From positions 67,297 to 131,296 of the forward strand of contig JAYFQP010000006.1 in NCBI GenBank assembly GCA_034926865.1: DNA of 64,000 bases, read 5' to 3'. A model generated the notes under the pieces. It was not told the origin of the DNA. It searched no databases and saw only the letters and a program-made list of their open reading frames with translations. The stretch comes from Clostridiaceae bacterium (lineage in GTDB: Bacteria > Bacillota > Clostridia > Oscillospirales > Butyricicoccaceae). Below, piece by piece: positions 20,111-29,839 of this stretch. Position 1 is the first letter of the stretch, and the number at the start of each line of letters is the position of its first letter. The translations under genes were made by a program, and so were the position numbers.

Positions 20111-20881
20111 ATGCACGAATATGTAAGAATGCTGCTTATCGTCTGCCCTCTTATTTTCCTTGCCGGATTTATCGATTCCATTGCTGGAGGAGGAGGGTTA
20201 ATATCCTTGCCTGCGTATCTTTTTGCTGGTCTTCCGGCTCATTATGCGGCGGGAACAGGAAAGTTTTCATCTTGCTGCGGGCTTGCCTCAGCCTCATATA
20301 AATACATAAAAGAGGGCAAGGTATTGATGTCTGTGGCCCTTTATTCGGCGCTTGGATGCATTGTAGGCGCCGGTATAGGCACGCGCCTGGCTTTGTTTTT
20401 TTCTGAGCGTACACTTAGAATGATTATGCTGGCGGCCATACCTATAGTTGCATTATTCCTGCTTACGAGAAAAGATTTTGGGAAAGAAAAAACCGTCGAT
20501 TTGCAGCTTAGCCGTAAAAAAGAGGCGGTTATGTCCTTTGCTATAGGAGCTGTAGTGGGAGTTTATGACGGACTTATAGGGCCTGGAGCAGGGACGTTTC
20601 TTATAATTGGATTTACCGGAGCGCTGGGAATAGACCTTTTGAGAGCGTCTGCCTGTGCAAAAGTGTCTAATATGGCCTCTAACTTTACATCTATAGTGCT
20701 TTATGCCATAAGCGGAAAGATAATGTACACTATCGCCCTGCCTGCTGCATTGTGCTCTATGCTTGGAAGTTATGCAGGCGCTCACTATGCAGTAAAGGGT
20801 GGAAGCGGCAAGGTCAGAAAAGTTATGATAATTGTCCTTGTCCTTTTGTTTGCAAAGCTTTTGTATGACTTGCTGGTATAA
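20111..20881 (+). CDS. TSUP (TauE/SafE) family anion exporter
   Basis: 256 aa polytopic protein with GGGGLISLPAY and a repeated 4-TM architecture. Confidence 0.7.
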   Translation: MHEYVRMLLIVCPLIFLAGFIDSIAGGGGLISLPAYLFAGLPAHYAAGTGKFSSCCGLASASYKYIKEGKVLMSVALYSALGCIVGAGIGTRLALFFSERTLRMIMLAAIPIVALFLLTRKDFGKEKTVDLQLSRKKEAVMSFAIGAVVGVYDGLIGPGAGTFLIIGFTGALGIDLLRASACAKVSNMASNFTSIVLYAISGKIMYTIALPAALCSMLGSYAGAHYAVKGGSGKVRKVMIIVLVLLFAKLLYDLLV

Positions 20882-20883
20882 AT

Positions 20884-21330
20884 ATGATAAAAGTAGAGTT
20901 TGAAGATATAAAAAGCGTTAAAGAAAACCTTTTTAAATATGCGGTTATTGTGAGCTGTTATCAGGGGAAATGGATATACTGCAAACACCGGCAGCGCGAT
21001 ACATGGGAAACCCCGGGAGGACACAGAGAGAAGAATGAGACCATTTTTTGTACAGCTAAACGAGAGCTTTATGAAGAGACAGGAGCGCTCGATTTTGCTC
21101 TTTATCCTGTTGCTCCATACTCTGTAACGAGTTCCGAAAAAAGCTATGGTTTTTTGTTCTATGCCGATATAAAAAAGCTGGGGCCTTTGCCCGAATCGGA
21201 GATTGAATGTATCGATTTCTTTGAGAATCCTCCTGAAAATCTTACATATCCGTATATACACCCTTTGCTTTTGGATAAAGCAAAAGAATACATTATGCGT
21301 GAATTGCCCTTTGCCAAGGATATAAGCTAG
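20884..21330 (+). CDS. NUDIX hydrolase
   Basis: Nudix box GGHREKNETIFCTAKRELYEETG. Confidence 0.75.
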   Translation: MIKVEFEDIKSVKENLFKYAVIVSCYQGKWIYCKHRQRDTWETPGGHREKNETIFCTAKRELYEETGALDFALYPVAPYSVTSSEKSYGFLFYADIKKLGPLPESEIECIDFFENPPENLTYPYIHPLLLDKAKEYIMRELPFAKDIS

Positions 21331-21375
21331 TCTTATGATAAACCCCCTGTGGAAAACTTCCACAGGGGGTTTAAA

Positions 21376-23178
21376 TCAATAACTTTCGAACTGAGAGCGG
21401 TAAAGGTTATAGTAAAAACCTTTTTTAGCCATAAGCTGTTCGTGCGTACCTTGTTCGACGATGCTGCCATCATTGACTACAAGTATGTTGTCGGCATTGC
21501 GTATAGTCGAAAGCCTGTGAGCGATGACAAAGCAGGTTTTATCTTTCATAAGGCTTCTCATTGCCTGCTGTATGGCTTCCTCAGTTCTGGTATCAACATT
21601 GGATGTCGCCTCGTCAAGTATCAGCATCTTTGAATCGAGCAGCATGGCACGGGCTATCGTCAGGAGCTGTTTTTGCCCCTTTGAGATGTTGACGCCGTTG
21701 TCGCTCAAAAGGGTATCATAGCCCTTTGGAAGCTTTTTTATATAGCTGTGTATATGTGCGGCCTTTGCGGCGGCGGAGACTTCCTCATATGTAACATTTT
21801 CTTTTCCGTATGCAATATTCTCAAAGATGGTTCCGCTGAATAGCCATGTATCCTGAAGAACCATCGTATAACATCGCCTCAGGCTGTCACGCGTAGAGGA
21901 ATATATGCTCTGCCCGTCAACTGTGATGTCCCCCTCAAGGGTATCGTAAAAACGCATCAAAAGATTTATTATTGTTGTCTTTCCTGCGCCTGTCGGGCCC
22001 ACAATGGCAATAAGGCTGCCCTTTGGAGCAGAAAGGTTAAGATCATTGATAATAGTGCGTTCGGGGTTATATCCAAAGCTTATATCCTTTAGCTCTACGC
22101 TGCCCTCAATGTCTTTGAATACCAATGCGTCTTCGCTATCCGGTTTTTCGGGGGCTTCATCTATGAGTCGGAAAACGCGTTCTGCCGCAGCAAAGGCTGA
22201 CTGAAGTTCGCCGAGAATATTAGCTGCTTCGTTTATCGGCCCTGAAAACTTCCTTGAATAGAGCACAAAGGAGGAGATGTCGCCCAATCCGATCGAGCCT
22301 GCAAGATAAAGCAGCGAACCAAAGACGCTTACAAGCGTCAGCGAAATGTTGTTGATAAAATTGACGGAGGTGCCAGTCAAAACTCCCTGATATTCAGCCG
22401 TTGTGTAAGCCTCCACCGCTTCATCGTTCTTTTTGTCAAAGCGGCTGATCATAACGTCTTCGACGCTGTAAGCTTTGGTGGTTTTCTGCCCGTTTATCAT
22501 CTCTTCAACAAAGCCGTTAAGTTCCCCCAGCTTTGCCGAGCGCTTGCGATATAAAGGGCGTACCATTCTTGTGATATATCTTGTTGCTATAAGGGACATC
22601 GGAACGGTGACTGTAAATACAAGGACAAGCATAGGAGATATCTTTATCATCATTATCAGCGCACCCAGAACAGTTATCGTGCTTTGACATATCTGGAGAA
22701 AGTCGGTCGAAAGAGAAGCGTTAACCGTGTCAATATCATATGAAATGACGCTTATTATGTCTCCGGTCTGGCGGCTGTCGAAGAATGATACAGGCAGGGA
22801 GGAAAGCCTGCCGAATACATCCTTGCGCATCTGATATATGACGTTTCGGCTTATATTTACTGTTATGATAGTCATTATGTATGTCATAACGGATGAGATG
22901 GCGTAAAATGCAATGATCATCATGACATATCTTGTGACAACAGGAAAATTGACCATTCCGGGAACAGTACCTATCGCATCAATGGCTTTACCCGAAAGGC
23001 TCGGGCCCATAAGGGCAAGTATATTGCCGCCCAGCATAAGGAAAAGAGCTGTAAATAAAAGCAGCTTATTGCGGCTGAGATATGTCCAAAGCCTAAGGAG
23101 GATGGCACGTTTCTTCTTGCCTGACAGCGGCTTCGCCACGCCCCCGGACATCGTTTTTGGGGCAGATGGGTTACGCAT
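21376..23178 (-). CDS. ABC exporter, fused permease/ATPase (heterodimer partner)
   Basis: 600 aa with 6 TM segments plus an NBD carrying GPTGAGKTT and ILDEATSNVD. Confidence 0.85.
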   Translation of the reverse strand: MRNPSAPKTMSGGVAKPLSGKKKRAILLRLWTYLSRNKLLLFTALFLMLGGNILALMGPSLSGKAIDAIGTVPGMVNFPVVTRYVMMIIAFYAISSVMTYIMTIITVNISRNVIYQMRKDVFGRLSSLPVSFFDSRQTGDIISVISYDIDTVNASLSTDFLQICQSTITVLGALIMMIKISPMLVLVFTVTVPMSLIATRYITRMVRPLYRKRSAKLGELNGFVEEMINGQKTTKAYSVEDVMISRFDKKNDEAVEAYTTAEYQGVLTGTSVNFINNISLTLVSVFGSLLYLAGSIGLGDISSFVLYSRKFSGPINEAANILGELQSAFAAAERVFRLIDEAPEKPDSEDALVFKDIEGSVELKDISFGYNPERTIINDLNLSAPKGSLIAIVGPTGAGKTTIINLLMRFYDTLEGDITVDGQSIYSSTRDSLRRCYTMVLQDTWLFSGTIFENIAYGKENVTYEEVSAAAKAAHIHSYIKKLPKGYDTLLSDNGVNISKGQKQLLTIARAMLLDSKMLILDEATSNVDTRTEEAIQQAMRSLMKDKTCFVIAHRLSTIRNADNILVVNDGSIVEQGTHEQLMAKKGFYYNLYRSQFESY

Positions 23179-24886
23179 CTATCTCACCCCCCATCTGAGA
23201 AAGGCTTATGCTTTTATAAAGCTCACAGCTTTCGATTAGCTCCTCGTGGGTGCCCTGGGCTGTTATATGTCCGTCTTCCATGACGAGGATAAGTTCGGCA
23301 TGTCGGATTGAGCTTATCCTCTGAGCCACTATAACGGATGTTACTCCGCTGTAAGCTGACGCAAGGGCCTTTCTAAGCTCGGCATCAGTGCGGTAGTCAA
23401 GCCCTCCCGAGGAGTCATCAAGTATAAGAATTTCAGGTTTTGCGGCAAGCGCTCTTGCAATAAGCAAGCGTTGTTTCTGGCCACCGCTTAAATTGGTACC
23501 TCTGGCTGTAACCATATGTTCAAGGCCCTCTGGACATCCTTTTAATACATCGTCCGCTTGCGCATCGTGGGCTGCTTTCAAGATTTTTTCACGGGACAGA
23601 GCGCGACCGTAGCTGATGTTTTCATATATCGTGTCCGCAAGCAGAAAATCATTTTGAAAGGCAGTGCCAAACATGCGGGCAAGCCGGTCTTTTTCTATGC
23701 TTTTAATATTTTGGCCATCTATATAGATCTCTCCGCTGTCCGGATCATAAAACCTGAGAAGAAGGTTGATTATAGTCGTTTTGCCGGAACCCGTCGGGCC
23801 AATTATTCCAAGTGTCTGACCGCGTTTCAGCTCAAAGCTTATGTTGGTAAGATTGTTTTCCACCTTGTTATAGGAAAACGACACATTGTCAAACTTTATG
23901 TGGCTGTCGTCTGCTATAGATGGAAGCTGCATGACAGAAATATCGGCTGGGGCATCAAGGACTTCGCTAATACGCCTGCCGGATGCAATGCCTTTGGAAC
24001 AGAGAATGAAGATTTTTGTTACGCCCAGCATGGCGTTAAGGATGATGTTGAAATAGCTTAAAAAGGCGATTATAGCACCAGGCTGTGTTAAACCGGAATT
24101 GACTCTGCTTGCACCTACAAGGATGACAAGGCTTATCCCAAGATTTAATATAAAGGTGGTAGATGGGCTTGACAGAGACATGATGATTCCGGCTCTGCGC
24201 TCTTCGCCGGAAAGCTCAAAGTTAACTTTGTCGAACCGTTTTTTCTCGTATTCACTTTTCGAAAGTGCTTTTATAACTCTTACACCTGTTATGTTTTCCT
24301 GCACCGTCATGACCATTTTGTCAAGGATCTTCTGACAGTAGGTATAAATCGGCACGCTGATCTTGGTGACAAAATACACAATGGCCACGATAAAGGGGAG
24401 AACAGCCACCAGAACAAGAGTAAGCGTGCTGTCTATGCTCATTGTGATTAACAGCCCTCCCACAAGGAGGATCGGAGCGCGCACACCCATTCGCTGTATT
24501 CTTGAAAGCATTTGGTTTATGTTATAAGTATCGGAGGTTAGCCTCGACACGAGAGATGGCAGCGTAAACCGGTCGGTCTGAGGGATAGAGAGGTAGGCTA
24601 TTGACGAAAACAGATCATGCCGTATTGCTCCCGTGATGCTTCCTGCGCTTTTTGCGGCAAGGCGGTTGGCAGATATATTGCAGAAAAATGAAATCACCGA
24701 GAACGCGACCATAACGCCGCCCCAAAGGAATATCTGTCTGTGCTCTCCTGTAGGCACCACATCGTCAATTATCTTTTCAAGGACAGAGGGTATCAGCAGA
24801 TCCATTATTGCCGAGATAAACTTAATAAAAAGGCCAAATGACATTATTGGCACATAGGGTTTGATATAGACCCAAAGTCTTTTCAT
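23171..24886 (-). CDS. ABC exporter, fused permease/ATPase (heterodimer partner)
   Basis: 571 aa with GPTGSGKTT and LSGGQKQRLLIARAL. It overlaps the downstream partner by 8 nt. Confidence 0.85.
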   Translation of the reverse strand: MKRLWVYIKPYVPIMSFGLFIKFISAIMDLLIPSVLEKIIDDVVPTGEHRQIFLWGGVMVAFSVISFFCNISANRLAAKSAGSITGAIRHDLFSSIAYLSIPQTDRFTLPSLVSRLTSDTYNINQMLSRIQRMGVRAPILLVGGLLITMSIDSTLTLVLVAVLPFIVAIVYFVTKISVPIYTYCQKILDKMVMTVQENITGVRVIKALSKSEYEKKRFDKVNFELSGEERRAGIIMSLSSPSTTFILNLGISLVILVGASRVNSGLTQPGAIIAFLSYFNIILNAMLGVTKIFILCSKGIASGRRISEVLDAPADISVMQLPSIADDSHIKFDNVSFSYNKVENNLTNISFELKRGQTLGIIGPTGSGKTTIINLLLRFYDPDSGEIYIDGQNIKSIEKDRLARMFGTAFQNDFLLADTIYENISYGRALSREKILKAAHDAQADDVLKGCPEGLEHMVTARGTNLSGGQKQRLLIARALAAKPEILILDDSSGGLDYRTDAELRKALASAYSGVTSVIVAQRISSIRHAELILVMEDGHITAQGTHEELIESCELYKSISLSQMGGEIDA

Positions 24887-25317
24887 TCCTCATATCCCTC
24901 CTCATCAAGGGCGATCGCCCCGATTCGGACCTTTTCAATCAGGCTTTCAAGCTGAGATATTTCTTCTTTCGTAAGCATTTGAGTTATCAAGCTGTTCCAC
25001 TCCCTGAATGAGGCCTTTATATCCGGAAGGGCAAGCTGAGCCTTATCTGTAGGGTATATTTCATAAAACCGCCGATCATCCTTTGAGGTGATCCTCGTTA
25101 TATAGCCTTCCTGTTCAAGAGTGTTCAGCTGCCTTGTGACATTGCTTTTGTCCATATGGTTAATTTTTGCTATGCCGTCCTGCGAGATGCCGGGGCTTTT
25201 GCAGATTGTCATTATACATACCGGCTGGCTTCCTTTTAGCCCGTATCTGCGCAGCTTGGCTTCCCTGAAGCGGCGCGAGCATCTGGAGATAATATTGATA
25301 TTATGCGAAAGGCTCAT
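24883..25317 (-). CDS. MarR family transcriptional regulator
   Basis: 144 aa with a winged-HTH core (GISQDGIAKINHMDKSNVTRQLNTLEQEGYI). It has a 4-nt overlap with the ABC exporter gene. Confidence 0.8.
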   Translation of the reverse strand: MSLSHNINIISRCSRRFREAKLRRYGLKGSQPVCIMTICKSPGISQDGIAKINHMDKSNVTRQLNTLEQEGYITRITSKDDRRFYEIYPTDKAQLALPDIKASFREWNSLITQMLTKEEISQLESLIEKVRIGAIALDEEGYEE

Positions 25318-25450
25318 AGTCTTCCTCCCTCAGAATAGTTGATTACGCAACCGATTGTAAGCTATAAATTATCAAATGTCAACAGTATAAATCAGCGGGA
25401 TATGAAGAATACCCATGTCGTGGTTATATAAAAGATGCCTTGCTGTAAAG

Positions 25451-25479
25451 TTGACAAATGGCATTATACGTAATATACT
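25451..25479 (+). promoter_or_regulatory. sigma-A-type promoter of the CNNM/CorC transporter leader
   Basis: TTGACA (25451-25456), 17 nt spacer, TATACT (25474-25479). It lies about 290 nt upstream of the CDS. Confidence 0.55.
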
Positions 25480-25616
25480 GTCTCATAAAGGATAGGTGTA
25501 TTGTAAGTGATCAATTCATCGGGATCTGATTCGGAACCCCCCAATCGACGACGTTTAACGTTTGCTCATTTTGTGGGACGAGGTCAGAGGGGAATGTATA
25601 TTATGCACATAGCTGA

Positions 25617-25640
25617 GGGCAATCACATATTGTCCTTTTT
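25617..25640 (+). terminator. leader-internal intrinsic terminator (candidate attenuator)
   Basis: GGGCAAT / ATTGTCC 7-bp stem with one G-U pair and a 5-nt loop, followed by TTTTT. A second T-run lies at 25650-25656. Confidence 0.4.
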
Positions 25641-25772
25641 GCTGTGTGTTTTTTTATTGATGTGACTTATGTTTAATTAAGAGCTCATTATGTGTTAAGA
25701 ATATAAATAAAGCATTTAGCTAATGTCTGGAAAAACAAAATATCTTTTCAGGCATTTTGGGAGGTTACTATT

Positions 25773-27110
25773 TTGAACGAAGATCCGTTGCTGTGGCTGT
25801 TTTTGCTTCAGCTTGCATTTATATTTTGCAATGCCATCTTTGCCTGCGCAGAGATAGCTGTTATAACAATGAACGACAATAAGCTTGCCAAGCTTTCGGC
25901 TTCGGGAGATAAACGTGCTCTGCGTCTTACAAAGCTTACCCAGCAGCCGTCGGTGTTTTTGGCAACGATACAAGTGGGCATAACACTTGTAAATCTTTTG
26001 AGCAGTGCCGTGGCCACAAGGAACTTTTCCGACAGGCTTGTGGCTTGGCTTGTAAGCCTTGGGATAAAGATACCTGCGTATGTTATAAATATGCTTGCGG
26101 TGGCGGTTATCACCCTTTTGCTGACCTACTTTACTGTTCTTTTGGGAGAGCTTATACCCAAACGGCTTGCAATGAAAAAAGCCGAACAGATCGCACTTGG
26201 CATGTCGGGGATAATATATGTGATTTCAAAGATATTCACTCCGGCTGTATGGCTTTTTACCGTTTCCACCAATGGAGTGCTGAGGCTTATGGGTATTGAC
26301 CCTAACAGCCAGGAAGACGAAAATGCCGAGGAAGAGATACGCATGCTTCTTGATGCAGGCAAGCAGAAAGGAACTATTCAGCCTGATGAACAGAGCATGA
26401 TTCAGAATATATTTGAGTTTGACGATACCTCGGCTGGAGAGCTTATGACCCACCGTACTGAGGTTTCCCTTCTTTGGCTTGATGAAAGCGATGAACAGTG
26501 GGAACAGACCATCGGAGAAAGCCGCCATTCGATTTATCCCGTATGCGCTGACAGCCCTGACTATATAACGGGTGTTTTGTATGCCAAGGATTATCTGAGA
26601 CTTAAGGATAAAACCCGGGAGAATGTACTCAAGAAAGCTGTTAAGCCTGCATATTTTGTGCCTGAGTCTGTCAGGGCCGACGTTTTGTTCAGAAACATGA
26701 AGAAAACAAGGAATCATTTTGCCGTAGTTGTAGACGAATATGGAGGTATGAGCGGAATTGTAACGATGAACGACTTGCTTGAGCAGCTTGTGGGAGATCT
26801 TGATGATGATAGTTCAACGCCTCCCGAAAAGCCCCTTATTGAGCGTATAGATTCAAAAACTTGGAGAATTCAGGGGGCGGCGCCGCTTGATGAGGTATCG
26901 TTGCAGCTTGGCGTAGCTTTGCCAGATGACGAATACGATACCTTCGGGGGGCTTGTGTTTGGTGTTTTAGGAACAGTTCCAAATGACGGCAGTACCCCCG
27001 AAATTGAGGAATATGGGCTAACGATAAAAGTTACAAAGATTAAGGAGCATAGGCTTCTAAATTCTGTTGTCTGCCTTTCGGATGCAGGTGCCGGAAAAAC
27101 AGCTGAATAA
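25773..27110 (+). CDS. CNNM/HlyC-CorC family transporter (DUF21 + CBS pair + CorC_HlyC)
   Basis: 445 aa with a TTG start and GGAGG RBS. Domain order is an N-terminal 4-TM DUF21, then a CBS pair, then a C-terminal transporter-associated domain. Confidence 0.8.
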   Translation: MNEDPLLWLFLLQLAFIFCNAIFACAEIAVITMNDNKLAKLSASGDKRALRLTKLTQQPSVFLATIQVGITLVNLLSSAVATRNFSDRLVAWLVSLGIKIPAYVINMLAVAVITLLLTYFTVLLGELIPKRLAMKKAEQIALGMSGIIYVISKIFTPAVWLFTVSTNGVLRLMGIDPNSQEDENAEEEIRMLLDAGKQKGTIQPDEQSMIQNIFEFDDTSAGELMTHRTEVSLLWLDESDEQWEQTIGESRHSIYPVCADSPDYITGVLYAKDYLRLKDKTRENVLKKAVKPAYFVPESVRADVLFRNMKKTRNHFAVVVDEYGGMSGIVTMNDLLEQLVGDLDDDSSTPPEKPLIERIDSKTWRIQGAAPLDEVSLQLGVALPDDEYDTFGGLVFGVLGTVPNDGSTPEIEEYGLTIKVTKIKEHRLLNSVVCLSDAGAGKTAE

Positions 27111-27134
27111 GGCTTAATAATGCTATGATAAAGA

Positions 27135-27178
27135 TACCGCCCCGATAGTCGCCTGTCGGGGCGGTACTGTTTGTTTTA
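27135..27178. terminator. bidirectional terminator between the CNNM gene and flotillin
   Basis: TACCGCCCCGA / TCGGGGCGGTA 11-bp stem with T-rich sequence downstream. Confidence 0.7.
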
Positions 27179-27212
27179 TGAGATTGAAAGGGAATATGGC
27201 TACTGCACAGCG

Positions 27213-28712
27213 TTATACACGAATGGGATCTTCAGGAGTGTTTTCCGTATCTTCTGATTCTTTGCTGCTGTTGTTTTCTGATGACCGGGTTTCGAGAACT
27301 ATTCTCTGTGCGGGCATATTGTTTCTTACCATGTTGCCTGCAACAACGCCTGAAAGGATAGATTTTAAATCAATCCCCGTGGATTCCTTCATGCCGTCTA
27401 CTATCTGATCGGCGCTTGTCATAACATCTCTTATAAGCTTGGTCGAGTTGCCTTCGCCGTACATAACGATTTTATCGGTCTGGGCTAAAGGAGCAGCGGC
27501 ATTCTTGACAACCTCGGGCAGCGCTGTGAGATACATTTCTAGGATAGACGCTTCGCCCATTTTACGCTGAGCTTCGGCTTTCTTTTCAATTGCCTCAGCT
27601 TCCGCAAGACCCTTGGCCCTTATGCCCTCGGCCTCCTGCTCCATTGAGAACCTAAGGGCTTCGGCCTGAACTCTTTTGGCCTCGGCGTCCCGCATGGCTT
27701 CATAGGTGCGGGCTTCGGCATCTCTTTGACGGCGAATAAGGTCAGACTCAGCTTCCTTTTCTGCCTTATACTTCATAGCATCGGCCTGTTTGCGAACATC
27801 AGCATCAAGCTGGCGCTCCTTAAGGGATATTTCTTTTTCGGCCAGCTCCGATTCTTTTTCCTTTTTTGCTATGTCGGCATTTACGCGTGCTACCTCGATG
27901 ACTTTACGCTGCGATTCCTGTTGAATAGCGTAAGCAGCGTCAGCTGCGGCCTTCTTGGTATCCGCAAGAACCTGCATTTCTGCACGCTGAATGGCAAGCT
28001 GGGCGTTTTGTTCGGAGATCATCTTTTCGGTCTGCACCTTTACGGCATTTGATTCCTGATCGGCATTGGCTGTGGCTATGGAAATATCGCGCTGGGCGTT
28101 TGCCTTGGCGATTTGGGCATTTTTGCGTATCTGTTCTACGTTGTCGATACCCATGTTCTCAATTGTTCCAGCAGCATCCTTAAAGTTCTGGATATTGAAA
28201 TTAACGACCTCCATGCCAAGTTTCTGCATATCTGGCACAACGTTTTCGGTGATCTTTTTAGCGACACCCTGGCGGTCCTGAACCATTTCTTTAAGACCTA
28301 CAGAACCCACGATTTCGCGCATATTTCCCTCTAGAACCTGAGTAACAAGGGATATAAGCTCATTTTGGTGCATTCCAAGCAGAGCTTCTGACGCCTTCTC
28401 GAGCAGATGTGGATCTGACGATATTTTAATATTTGCCACGCCGTCCACAGAAACGTTAATAAACTCGTTTGTGGGAACAGCCTCCGAGGTTTTTACATCG
28501 ACCTGCATAACGCGAAGAGAAAGCTTGTCAACCCTCTCAAAGAACGGTACTCGCCAACCGGCTTTACCGATAAGTATCCTCTTTTTGCCTAAGCCGGAAA
28601 TTATGTAGGCAGTATCCGGTGGCGCCTTTAAGTAGCCGACAATAAGAAGCAGCAAAACTACGACTACGCCTATAGTAGATGCAAAGCCTGCGGGGGTTAG
28701 AAAAAAATCCAT
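27213..28712 (-). CDS. flotillin (SPFH/band-7 family) protein
   Basis: 499 aa with an N-terminal membrane hairpin, an SPFH domain and a long Ala/Glu/Lys-rich coiled-coil (flotillin repeats). Confidence 0.8.
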   Translation of the reverse strand: MDFFLTPAGFASTIGVVVVLLLLIVGYLKAPPDTAYIISGLGKKRILIGKAGWRVPFFERVDKLSLRVMQVDVKTSEAVPTNEFINVSVDGVANIKISSDPHLLEKASEALLGMHQNELISLVTQVLEGNMREIVGSVGLKEMVQDRQGVAKKITENVVPDMQKLGMEVVNFNIQNFKDAAGTIENMGIDNVEQIRKNAQIAKANAQRDISIATANADQESNAVKVQTEKMISEQNAQLAIQRAEMQVLADTKKAAADAAYAIQQESQRKVIEVARVNADIAKKEKESELAEKEISLKERQLDADVRKQADAMKYKAEKEAESDLIRRQRDAEARTYEAMRDAEAKRVQAEALRFSMEQEAEGIRAKGLAEAEAIEKKAEAQRKMGEASILEMYLTALPEVVKNAAAPLAQTDKIVMYGEGNSTKLIRDVMTSADQIVDGMKESTGIDLKSILSGVVAGNMVRNNMPAQRIVLETRSSENNSSKESEDTENTPEDPIRV

Positions 28713-28817
28713 TTGTGTTCCTCCTTTAATTCCTTTCGAGCTTCTTTGATTAATACCTGACTTTGTAGTTCTTTGTTCCCGGGAAAGATCATCGACGATA
28801 TCGCGGGGGAGATCATA

Positions 28818-28952
28818 TGAAAAAAGACTTTTACCACATGTTATGCGATAAAAGTCTTGTAAAAATCAATATGATTTCTGTGCGTCCGGGCCATAAGCGG
28901 CCGTTCTGACGGTGCACACAGCGGAATGACCGCTGAACTACTCCCTTTTGAT
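28818..28952 (-). ncRNA. candidate structured RNA (independent sRNA, or riboswitch-like leader of the flotillin gene)
   Basis: Minus-strand promoter TTGCAT (28988-28983), 17 nt spacer, TAATAT (28965-28960). It is followed by GC-rich hairpins (CAGCGG/CCGCTG, CCGT/ACGG, GGCC/GGCC) and an intrinsic terminator (AAGACTTTTA / TAAAAGTCTT at 28824-28858 plus a T-run). No ORF with a start codon is present. Confidence 0.35.
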
Positions 28953-29199
28953 GGATATTATATTACTACATTCCAACAGCAAATGCAATATGCGACTTTG
29001 ACAAAAATATATCAACAAATTTATGCAATAATGTTTATTCTTTAGGCCTTGCAAAGAACTTCACTTAAGATGTGTCATTGCAACCAAGGCGACTATGCCG
29101 AAGGCGCGTATAGTATGTTGCCGCTAAGCCCATCACATGCTCCCATTGAAAAGGGAAGAAGAAAGTTGGCGGTTATTGGTCCATACCGTAGGCGAAATG

Positions 29200-29307
29200 C
29201 TAGGTCATATCTGCGGAGGCAGCTATATCGGGAATGGATATCGGGGTATAAGCAGCTGACCCAAGAATAAAGATTGTCCCCATAAGTAGTATCAAATATA
29301 ATTGGGC
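29200..29307 (-). pseudogene. DUF1538-like membrane protein gene, distal fragment
   Basis: Translates to AQLYLILLMGTIFILGSAAYTPISIPDIAASADMT followed by a stop. It resembles the region just after the conserved DSFGLVA segment of DUF1538 proteins. Stops and frameshifts occur downstream. Confidence 0.45.
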
Positions 29308-29330
29308 CTATGCTGCATATGAGTGTTCTA

Positions 29331-29342
29331 TATTAGGAAAAC
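29331..29342. repeat. left terminal inverted repeat TATTAGGAAAAC
   Basis: Perfect reverse complement of 33961-33972. It lies 25 nt from the 3' end of the recombinase remnant. Confidence 0.6.
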
Positions 29343-29366
29343 CAACAAACTGTTGAAGTGGTGGGG

Positions 29367-29839
29367 TTATACCACCTGCAAATGTGAGTTGACTTCAATG
29401 TATTCGATAATGCGGCGAAGCTCGTCTGCAAACTTAAATCGTATGCTAATGTCGCCGCCCTCGTATATCTTGATATGGTCACCCAGTTCAATCAAAATTT
29501 CTCTTGTCAGCTTGTCGATGTTCTCATATTTTCGTAAAGTAGCCAAAAATGGGTTTTCAACATCAATGCCGTTTTCCAGCTCGTCCCGTTCTTTTTTCAG
29601 ATTGGCGATAACCTCCATGATGGCTTCATTTTGCCGCTCGTAATCTTCGCCCATGTGACGGTAATCATTGTGCGTAATGATACCATCTTTCTTTGATTGA
29701 TGACGCTGTTGCTCTCGTCCTTGCCACGGTTCAAATCTTCTTTGGATAAACGGATGTATTGACCGAGCTTCCAGCGTATTACATTGTACGGGAATGGGGA
29801 AACGGTGAGATTTGTTCTCCTGTTTTTTGTGCGTGCCAT
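29367..29839 (-). pseudogene. large serine recombinase remnant (N-terminal ~50 aa joined out of frame to a C-terminal DUF4368-like ~110 aa)
   Basis: Frame A reads MARTKNRR..GQYIRLSKEDLNRGKDESNSVINQRK, the start of a resolvase catalytic domain. Frame B reads ..MEVIANLKKERDELENGIDVENPFLATLRKYENIDKLTREILIELGDHIKIYEGGDISIRFKF.., a typical C-terminus. The roughly 400 aa normally between them are missing. Confidence 0.65.

Noticed and set aside
20785-21363. 192-aa minus-strand ORF
   Set aside because: It is antisense to the NUDIX hydrolase gene, which has a clear Nudix box.
25486-25616. M-box or yybP-ykoY riboswitch upstream of the CorC/CNNM gene
   Set aside because: Only short partial matches are present (ATAGGTG, ACGAGG). 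The conserved blocks of either family could not be aligned by eye, so I report it only as an unclassified leader.
28885-28950. tRNA-like start GGGAGTAGTTCAGCGGT on the minus strand
   Set aside because: There is no T-arm (GTTCGAAT-like), no anticodon arm geometry and no matching acceptor 3' strand, so it is not a tRNA.
28818-28952. SRP / 4.5S RNA or c-di-GMP-I riboswitch
   Set aside because: It lacks the GGAAGCAGC domain IV motif of SRP RNA. The only similarity to GEMM-I is a GGACGCA fragment, which is insufficient.
29049-29270. 73-aa plus-strand ORF
   Set aside because: It lies opposite the decayed DUF1538-like fragment, has no RBS and has an Arg-rich composition. It is probably spurious.
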